Assembly (NCBI GenBank): GCA_963762255.1
Contig: CAVXKA010000003.1
Location: 800,001-864,000 of the forward strand
Length of the DNA stretch: 64,000 nt
Direction of reading: 5' to 3'
Source of the DNA: Candidatus Eiseniibacteriota bacterium
GTDB lineage: Bacteria > Eisenbacteria > RBG-16-71-46 > JABDJR01
Position 1 is the first letter of the stretch. Every line of letters begins with the position of its first letter. Under the pieces are notes generated by a model that was not told the origin of the DNA, searched no databases, and saw only the letters and a list, made by a program, of their open reading frames with translations. Below are positions 21,851-29,708 of the stretch, one piece after another. The position numbers and the translations under genes are program-made.

Positions 21851-21890
21851 GAAGGCCGGCCGGGGTCCCACCCCGAGCCGGCCTTCTTCT
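21851..21890. terminator. GC-rich hairpin between convergent genes, probable terminator
   Basis: GAAGGCCGGC-CGGGGT...ACCCCG-A-GCCGGCCTTC followed by TTCT. Confidence 0.55.
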
Positions 21891-21894
21891 TCGA

Positions 21895-23769
21895 TCACCT
21901 GACCAACATGACCCGCTTCGTCTCCGAGAACGAGCCGGCGTCCATGCGGTAGAAGTACACCCCCATCGGCATCGCACGCCCGTTCTCACCGCGGCCATCC
22001 CAGATCACCTGTCGCAGTCCGGCGGGGACCTGCTCACCGGAGACCAGCGAGCGGACCAAGCGACCGGCCACGTCGTACACGCCCAGATGGACGGTCTCGG
22101 CGCGGGAGAGTTCGTAGCGGATGATCGTCGTCGAGCTGAACGGGTTTGGCTGGCACGGGTGGAGGGCCTGCCCCACTGCCTCCCCCGGCTCGGGAACGCC
22201 GGTCGCGAAGTCCCCGAGAAGGTCGAGGTAGTTGAAGTTGAACCCGTTGCTCTCCACAACGACCCGGAGGGTCTGGATTCCGGCGGCCAAGCTCACCGTC
22301 GTCGTGATCGTCGTCCAGTTCTGCCAGCCGCCCGTGACCGGGACGGTCATCTGGCCGGTCCGATCCACGCCGTTGAAGGCGACATGGAAGGTCCCGCCTG
22401 ACGATTGGGACGCGACTCGGGCGTCGAGGGTGTATTGGCCGACCACCGGGACGTTGACCGTATACTCGAGCCATTCGCCGGCATTGAACCACCCCAGGTT
22501 GTATCCGCCCCCCGTGTCCGTGCAGAGTTCCACGTCGACGCCCTCGCCGGTGCGGTACTGTCCGCCATTGTTCGACGCGTCCTGATCGTGATAAGCAGCG
22601 CCCTCCCCTCCCTCGTCATAGTCCTCCGCCTCAATCCGCGTGGGCAAACCGAACGGTTGTCCGGGGTAGGGGGCCTGGCCGCACCCGGCACCGACGGTGA
22701 TGTCCACCACGGCCGTGCTCGAGCCCCCCAAGTCGTCCACAGCCCGTGCGACGATCCCGTAGCATCCCTCGGCGACCGACGTCCAGGTGAAGCTAAAGGG
22801 CGCGCTCGTGTCGGCTCCCAGGTAGATTGCGCCGTCGTAGAACTCCACCGCCGTCACCGCACCGTCCGTATCCGAGGCATCGGCCGTGATGGCGATATCG
22901 CCCGCGGGCAGCGTGGCGCCCCACGAGGGCGCGGTGATCGCCACCGTCGGGAGGGCGTTCGGGATGTCCTCGTAGACTCTCACGTAGTCGACGAGGTACT
23001 GCTGGGGAAGGCTCGCCGTGATGCAGCCGGGGTCGGTGCACCCGGTGTAGTTGCCGCCGACGGCGGCGTTCAGGATGATATAGAAAGGCTGGTCGAACGG
23101 CGCGCGCGGATTGTCGGGGGCGGCGTTCGTGTACCACTGGGTGCTGGTTCGGGTCATGAACAAAGTGCCGTCCACATACCAGCGGATCGCATCGGGCTCC
23201 CATTCCACGGCATAGACGTGGAAGTCGTTGGAGAAGCTCGCGCCGCCGAGAGAGTGGGAACCGCTCGTCGACGTGTTGTTCGGCCAGGTCCCGCCGTAGT
23301 GCAGCGCCCCTCCCACCGTCGTCGTGGCGTTGGCGGATTCCATGATGTCGAGTTCACCGCTGGCCGCCCAGCCGCCGTAGGCGTCGTCCTGGGGCATCAT
23401 CCAGAACGCCGGCCACATGCCGCCGCCGGTGGGGATCTTGGCCCGCATCTCGACGCGGCCATAGAGGAAGGTGCGCTTACCCCGCGTATGGATCTTGCCG
23501 GAGGTGAACGAGGCGCCGCCGTAGGACTCCGCTCGGGAGGTGATGACGAGGTTACCGCCGGACACGGTCACGTTCTGAGACCGGTAGTACTGGAGCTCGT
23601 TGTTTCCCCAGCCGCACAGGCTCGGGCAGCCGGTCCCGATGTCGTAACTCCAGCTGCCGCCATCGAGGGCGGTTTCGTTGAACTCGTCCGACCAGGCGAG
23701 CGACCAGCTCGCGTCCGCCGGCGCGACGAGACCTCCGGCCAAGACCACCGCCAGAGCCGGAACCGCCAA
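21895..23769 (-). CDS. Secreted GH16 laminarinase plus Ig-like domain plus CBM6-like domain plus FlgD-Ig CTD
   Basis: WSDEF, GWGNNELQYY, GMWPAFWMMP, GELDIME, Big domain (ITADASDTDG), CBM6-like (IEAEDYD...GEWLEY...TGGWQNW) and PNPF tail. The true start may be the ATG at 23797 with a 1-nt indel. Confidence 0.9.
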   Translation of the reverse strand: MAVPALAVVLAGGLVAPADASWSLAWSDEFNETALDGGSWSYDIGTGCPSLCGWGNNELQYYRSQNVTVSGGNLVITSRAESYGGASFTSGKIHTRGKRTFLYGRVEMRAKIPTGGGMWPAFWMMPQDDAYGGWAASGELDIMESANATTTVGGALHYGGTWPNNTSTSGSHSLGGASFSNDFHVYAVEWEPDAIRWYVDGTLFMTRTSTQWYTNAAPDNPRAPFDQPFYIILNAAVGGNYTGCTDPGCITASLPQQYLVDYVRVYEDIPNALPTVAITAPSWGATLPAGDIAITADASDTDGAVTAVEFYDGAIYLGADTSAPFSFTWTSVAEGCYGIVARAVDDLGGSSTAVVDITVGAGCGQAPYPGQPFGLPTRIEAEDYDEGGEGAAYHDQDASNNGGQYRTGEGVDVELCTDTGGGYNLGWFNAGEWLEYTVNVPVVGQYTLDARVASQSSGGTFHVAFNGVDRTGQMTVPVTGGWQNWTTITTTVSLAAGIQTLRVVVESNGFNFNYLDLLGDFATGVPEPGEAVGQALHPCQPNPFSSTTIIRYELSRAETVHLGVYDVAGRLVRSLVSGEQVPAGLRQVIWDGRGENGRAMPMGVYFYRMDAGSFSETKRVMLVR

Positions 23770-23814
23770 TCCTCGCGACCCATCTCCAGTCCATCATGGT
23801 GTCCCCCATTTTTG

Positions 23815-23839
23815 ACTTGATTCGGTTACCGAACAAAGT
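23815..23839. promoter_or_regulatory. Predicted ROK operator 3 (ACTTGATTCG-GTTAC-CGAACAAAGT), overlapping TTGATT-N18-TACACT
   Basis: Third copy of the palindrome, between divergent genes. Confidence 0.75.
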
Positions 23840-23960
23840 GTACACTATCGGCCATGGGATTTGCCACCAAGAACGCATCCGGAGAACCTCGGAGACTGGG
23901 GGGCGATTCCACAGGTCCACGATCTCTTCCGATGCTTCACCAACACAAGGAGTCTCAGAG

Positions 23961-24645
23961 ATGAGGACACTTGCTATCGCAGCTCTGGTCGCATCGCTGC
24001 TGGTGTGCGCTGGGGTTGCTCAGGCCGCCAACGTCACCGTAGATCCCCTCACCCTCACCAACGGCTACATGAACGTCTTCGAACTACCCGCCAACGGCGG
24101 GGCGTACTTGTGGGGCAGCGGTGTGGGGCTTCGCCGATCTCACCGCCGTGTACTCCGGCAGCAACCTGACGCTGGGGCCGAACACGATCGGCGATCCCAA
24201 CGAGTACTGGTACCAGTGCGTCGGTGCGGCTGTCCCGCCGAACTGCGGTGGCCCCGGCGCCCCCGGCAACAAGATCATGGAGGCCAACTCCTACGCTGAA
24301 GTGAACGATGGGTCGCTCGCGGGTCAGACCGTGACCTTCAACGGCGTCGTCCTCGCAAACAGCCTGACAAGCGCCCACACGGTTGTCGCGTTCGTCAAGG
24401 ACTATGCCCCTGATTTCTCGTCCTTCGTGCAGAGCACGGTGTCCCTGACCTCGCCCGGACCGTTCAGCGTGTCCCTGGCCACGATCAACGACCCGGCGCG
24501 CCACGTGCAGTGGGGCTTCCAGACGGTGGGCGTAAACGTCTGGGTCACCGATCTCGCCCCCTTCGGGACGATCACCATCGGCCCCGAGGGTGCGGTGGCC
24601 ACGCAGCCCTCCACCTGGGGGCACGTGAAGTCGCTTTACCGGTAG
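23961..24645 (+). CDS. Secreted protein of unknown function with C-terminal TWGHVKSLYR tail (frameshift near 24120)
   Basis: AAGGAG RBS and signal peptide (…GVAQA). GYMNVFELP…YLWGSG joins WGFADL… in the next frame. Confidence 0.75.
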
Positions 24646-24699
24646 CGCACACCGGCGTCCCGCGGAATCAACCCGGGGGACGATGCAGAGCTTCCTGGG

Positions 24700-24733
24700 A
24701 TCGGCCCTCTCGCCTCGAGAGGGCCGATTCTCT
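24700..24733 (+). terminator. Perfect 13-bp hairpin, probable terminator or mRNA-stabilising stem
   Basis: ATCGGCCCTCTCG-CCT-CGAGAGGGCCGAT followed by TCTCT. Confidence 0.55.
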
Positions 24734-24813
24734 AGGTGGTGGGGGCAACCCCATCCTGCTGGGAAAGAGAGCCTCCGGGAATCCCGGCGCGGTTCAATCA
24801 AAGGGGAATCGTC

Positions 24814-26629
24814 ATGCGTAAGATCCTCGTTCTCGTGGCCGTGCTCGTGCTTGTGCTCGCCGCGGGTGAGGCTCGCGCCCAGGTCGGCAACCTGATCTGG
24901 GAGGAGAACTTCAACAACCTCGACAACTGGATCAAGCTCACCGGCAACGGCAGCTGGGGCTGGGGCAACGGCGAGCTGGAGTTCTACCAGAACGAGAACG
25001 TGGACATCGCCGACGTCCCCGGCGAGCCGGGCAACAAGGCCCTGCGCATCATCGCCAAGCAGGAGAGCGGCCCGGGCATCGTCGATCAGTGGGGCAACCC
25101 CCTGAGCTACACGTCGGGCAAGGTGATGAGCAAGTCCTTCGTCTCCGTCAAGTACGGCATGATCGAGGCCCGCGTGTGGGTGCCGAACCTCAACCTGGGC
25201 GGCTGGCCCGCCGTCTGGCTGCTGGGCACGGCCAACTACGCGTGGCCCCGCTGCGGCGAGATCGACATGATGGAGATGGGGCTGAAGAAGGCCTACCGGG
25301 ACCTGCACGACACTCACAACGGCGGCAACGGCCTCGGACAACTCGACCGTGGACCAGATGGTCGGGCGCGAACGCGATCTACTACTCCGACGCCGCCGTC
25401 ACGCCCGGAGAACCCGTCGGGCGCCGCCAGCCTCTCCTGGGATCCGGACCGACGTGACTACTGCCGCCCCTACTACAACTACGCGAACCCGCTCGTCGGC
25501 CGCTTCCTGACGTACCGGCTGTACTGGGACAAGAACACGATGCGCCAGACCGTCGTCGACGACGGGGTCGAGCACGACCTCTTCGCGGATCCCTTCACCA
25601 TCGGCGAGCGAGTCCGACGAGTTCCGGCAGCCGTTCTACCTGATCGCCAACCTGGCCATCGGCGGCGCGTTCACCGACGCCTACCAGCTCGGCGACCCCG
25701 GCCAGCGGCTTGCCGGTCACGATGCCGCTCCCGGGCACGATGTACGTGGACTACATCCGGGTCTACCGGTGGAACGGCCAGGGCGAGGTCCACCTCGGAC
25801 CGCCCACGCCGCAGGGCGGCACCTTCGGGCTCTTGACCGACACCACGCCGACCAACGGCGCGCTCGTGACCGAGCGTCACCTCGAAGATCTACGTCTGGG
25901 AGAGCACCCTGATCCCCGGCACCATCCCGCCCTACGAGGGCGACCAACGGTCCTCACGTGGGAGACCAACGGCAAGGGGTGGTTCGGCGCCGGCATCATG
26001 TCCGATCCAGCCGCTGAACCTGTTCGACTTCCCGCGACGGTCACCTCAAGTTCATGATCAAGATCCCCGCAAACGTCACGTTCAAGATCGGGGTCATCGA
26101 TTCCTGGAGCAACCAGTACTAGGTCACGCTTCCCGGCGAACACGACGAGGTACGGGCTGGTGCGCAACGGCGAGTGGGGCCAGGCGTCGATCCCGGTCAG
26201 CGACCTGCGGGGCACGGCCATCGACCTGCGCATGCTGAGCTATCCGTTCGTCATCCTCGAGGAGCAGGGCATCGGCTGCGAGTTCGCCGTCGACGACATC
26301 TACTGGGACGGCGGGCGCGGTCACCGGCGTCGACGATCCCGCGATCGCTCCCCGGGCCGCCTCGCTGCTGCCGAACGTCGCCGAACCCGTTCTACGCCAG
26401 CACGCGAACTGCGATTCGAACTCCCCGCGTCCGCCCCTATGAGATCGAGGTCTATGACGTCGCCGGGAAGCGGGTGACCGGCTTCCGCGGCATCGGTCAG
26501 GCCGGCGCGAACGCGGTGCGGTGGAACGGTTGCGACGACCAGGGGCGGAAGGCGAGCGCGGGCGTCTATTACTACCGACTGCTGTCGGACGGGCGCGCGG
26601 CGAGCCGGAAAGTGGTGCTACTGGACTAG
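24814..26629 (+). CDS. Secreted GH16 glucanase plus CBM-like domain plus FlgD-Ig CTD (multiple frameshifts)
   Basis: Signal peptide, WEENF, GWGNGELEFY, YTSGKV, WPAVWLLG and GEIDMME. PFYLIANLAIGG, MYVDYIRVY, FAVDDIYW and EVYDVAGKRV…SAGVYYYRL occur in shifted frames. Confidence 0.8.
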
Positions 26630-26792
26630 TCGTCGGCCCGACAATTCCCCTTGATTTCCCTTCCTCCGCGGTGGGAAAGTCCACCCATACCGGGCTGGCG
26701 GCTCCCTCCGCTGGAACCGGTGACAGCCCACCCCCTCTGCGCCGGCAACACAGACTACGACCGCCCCGACCCGCCCGGGAAGGAGTTGTGTC

Positions 26793-29690
26793 ATGCCGCT
26801 TCCTGCCGCGCTTCGCGTTTGGGTCCTCGGGTACGAGCCTCGCGTTACGATTCGCCCCCACCGCCGTCTGCTCAACGCGCTTTGCCTCGGGGCGCTTCTC
26901 GCCCTGATCACCCCGGCGCACCCAGCCCTGGCAGCCTACGACGAGGCCGGCGGCGACGACGTCCGGATCGCCATCCTGAACACCACCGACTACTCCATGC
27001 CGAGCATCGACATCGCCGAGAACGGCGACATCTATGTGGCGGTATCGGTAGCCAACACGGACCGCAACTCCATCTATGTCTACCGATCGACGGACGGCGG
27101 GGACCACTGGTCGTACTGGGGCGGACTCGATTCGACGGATGTGGAGTACTCGCTCCCCAGTCTTCACATCGCCGAGGGCACGCAGAACAAGCTCTACCTG
27201 GCCTTCAAGTACCAGGGCCCTTCGGAGACCCACAGCGAGATCCGGATCGCCTACTCGCCGCTCTCCTCCGCCATCTGGACCGTCCATACGGTCTTGTCGT
27301 CGCCCACCGACTGGTTCTACAGCGTGTCCCTCACCTCGGATGAGATGAACTTCGCCAGCTACCGCCTCTATCTGGCCGCCGAAGGCTGGGATGGAAACGG
27401 CAGGGACATATGGTTCACCCGCTCGACCGACTATGGGTTCTCCTGGGAGGCGGGCTACAAGATCGCCTCGCTGTCCAACGACGCGAACTACTTCAATCCC
27501 ATGCTCTGCTACGGCCGGTCGGGGGTCGTTCACTGCGCCTGGAAATACTCCCCCGCCGCCGGCACCGGCATGGACGAAGCGGTCCGCTACCGCCGCGCCC
27601 TGAACTACGCGGCGGGCGGCATCTCCGACTGGCAAGGCACCGTCTACATGACATCGAGCTCGAACGGGACCGACGAGAACTTTGCTACGGTGGCAGCGTC
27701 TCACGGTAGCGATCAGGTCGCGATGTCGTGGGAGCTGGTGGAGGACAACCTCACCCTCGGCTCCTACATCCGCACCTCCAGCGATGCCGGGCTGGCCTGG
27801 GGGACTCCCCAGTGGATGGAGTACACCTACTGGCCGGAGCTCCTGGCCTTGCCAGGAACGTCCGGGTTCAGCATGCTCGATACATACGCCTACGGTAAGG
27901 GTCTCCGATCCGCCGACGATGCCGACCCCCTGACCTGGTCGGATGACCAGATCCTCGCGGACCGGGACTACTGGTTCGCCTGGAGCAGCAGCCCCGAGCA
28001 CCGCTCCCACGATTACAACGTGGCGAAGGGGAACCGCCGGGGGATGGTCTGGACCGCCGTGAACCCCGCCGGTGCGGACACGGTGTTCTTCGACGCCGAA
28101 TGGCGCCGGGACCCCGGCTACGCAAACCTCGAAGAGGGCTTCCCGATGACCCTCTCCGCCGGTGTGGTCGCCCCGCCCGCGGTCTGCGAACTGGACGGCG
28201 ACATGGAGTCGGAGATCGTCTTCGGCGACGTGACCGGCCACATCATCGCCCTCAACCACGACGGCACCGCCGTCCCTGGCTGGCCGGTGGACATCGGGAC
28301 CTTCCAGGACGATGCGACGATCGCCATCGGGAACTTGAACGACGATCCCTATAACGAGGTCGTCGCCGGCAACGATGCCGGCTATGTCCACGCCTTCGAC
28401 CACGTGGGAGTCGAGCTGTCCGGCTGGCCGCGCAACACCGGGACCGCGGCGCCCGCCTACGTGGCTATCGGGGCCATCTCGACCGAGGCCCGCCAGATCG
28501 CGGCGTGCTCGGGCACCAAGGTCTTCCTCTACAACGGGAGTGGGAGCCCGGTCCCCGGCTTCCCGCTGACCGTGGCCGGCAACATCACCGCCTCCCCTGC
28601 CATCGGAGACGTGGACGGAGACGGCGACCGCGAGATCGTGATTCTGCAAGAGCACTTCATGAACGTCATCCGGGGCGACCACACCGTCCAGGCGTTCCGG
28701 AATGTGACCGCGGACGGTCAATCGTTCACCAATGCTCCTACGCTGGCCGACCTGAACCTGGACGGGGACTTGGAGATCATGGCTCCCACCGACCAGGGAC
28801 GGCTCTACGTCATGAACCCCGACGGCTCCAACTACCCGGGTGGCTGGCCCTACATCGATCCCGCCGGAGTCCGTCTCACCAGCGTGGCCGCGGCCCAGAT
28901 CCGGGCCGGCACCGAACCGGAGCTCATCTTCGGCGTCGAGGGGGCCGCCGCCCCCGAGGTGCATGCGTTCTATGAGTATTTCACCGAGCTGGGCGGTTAC
29001 CCCAACCCGACCGGCGCAGGTTGGTTCCTGTACGGCATGCCGATCGTGGACGTGCTCGACGAAGGAAGCCCGGATGTGATCGCTGCCGCCCGCGACAAGA
29101 AGGCCTACGGCTGGGACAACTTCGGACGCGAGCTGCCGGGTTGGCCGGAAGACTTGGCCGCCCGCTGCGAGGTCTCCGCGGCCAGCGGGGACATCGATGC
29201 CGACGGCCGCGTCGAGGTGGTCTTCACCACCTACGATCCGCCGAGCGTCGTCGTCTACGACTTGGGCGCGTCGGTGTACCGGAGCTCGTTCTATACGACC
29301 TACTGGTGGCCGATGTACGGGTACAACCCGCTCCGCCAGGGGTGCCTGGCCTGCGACAACGACCGCGTCACCAACGTCCCCGAGAACCCGACGCCGATCG
29401 CTTCGATACTCTTCGCGGCCCCGGCACCGAATCCAACGTCGGGACCCGTGTCCCTGCGCTTCGATCTGCCGGAGCCCGCCGCCGTCCGACTCGAGTGCTT
29501 CGACGCTCAGGGCCGGCTGGTCGCCCATGTGCTCAAGGACGAGATGGAGATGGGACCGCACGAGATCTCATGGCTGCCCCGGAGCGGGAGCGGCGCCGAG
29601 CTCGCCGCCGGGGTCTACTACCTGAGGCTCACGGTGAACGGCCCCAGCGCGAGTCGCGAGCTCAGCCGGAAGATCGTCGTGATGCGTTGA
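26793..29690 (+). CDS. Large secreted protein: BNR/Asp-box propeller plus FG-GAP/VCBS repeats plus FlgD-Ig CTD
   Basis: Asp-boxes RSTDGGDHW, RSTDYGFSW and TSSDAGLAW. Ca-loops GDVDGDGDREIV, ADLNLDGDLEI and GDIDADGRVEV. PNPT…AAGVYYLRL tail. Confidence 0.8.
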   Translation: MPLPAALRVWVLGYEPRVTIRPHRRLLNALCLGALLALITPAHPALAAYDEAGGDDVRIAILNTTDYSMPSIDIAENGDIYVAVSVANTDRNSIYVYRSTDGGDHWSYWGGLDSTDVEYSLPSLHIAEGTQNKLYLAFKYQGPSETHSEIRIAYSPLSSAIWTVHTVLSSPTDWFYSVSLTSDEMNFASYRLYLAAEGWDGNGRDIWFTRSTDYGFSWEAGYKIASLSNDANYFNPMLCYGRSGVVHCAWKYSPAAGTGMDEAVRYRRALNYAAGGISDWQGTVYMTSSSNGTDENFATVAASHGSDQVAMSWELVEDNLTLGSYIRTSSDAGLAWGTPQWMEYTYWPELLALPGTSGFSMLDTYAYGKGLRSADDADPLTWSDDQILADRDYWFAWSSSPEHRSHDYNVAKGNRRGMVWTAVNPAGADTVFFDAEWRRDPGYANLEEGFPMTLSAGVVAPPAVCELDGDMESEIVFGDVTGHIIALNHDGTAVPGWPVDIGTFQDDATIAIGNLNDDPYNEVVAGNDAGYVHAFDHVGVELSGWPRNTGTAAPAYVAIGAISTEARQIAACSGTKVFLYNGSGSPVPGFPLTVAGNITASPAIGDVDGDGDREIVILQEHFMNVIRGDHTVQAFRNVTADGQSFTNAPTLADLNLDGDLEIMAPTDQGRLYVMNPDGSNYPGGWPYIDPAGVRLTSVAAAQIRAGTEPELIFGVEGAAAPEVHAFYEYFTELGGYPNPTGAGWFLYGMPIVDVLDEGSPDVIAAARDKKAYGWDNFGRELPGWPEDLAARCEVSAASGDIDADGRVEVVFTTYDPPSVVVYDLGASVYRSSFYTTYWWPMYGYNPLRQGCLACDNDRVTNVPENPTPIASILFAAPAPNPTSGPVSLRFDLPEPAAVRLECFDAQGRLVAHVLKDEMEMGPHEISWLPRSGSGAELAAGVYYLRLTVNGPSASRELSRKIVVMR

Positions 29691-29708
29691 TGGAGCGGGC
29701 CGCCGCGC

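Noticed and set aside
26124-29561. 1145-aa minus-strand ORF, and similar long antisense ORFs at 17832-19562, 38365-40599 and 61594-63408
   Set aside because: These are shadow frames opposite real genes in high-GC DNA, with no motifs and low-information composition.
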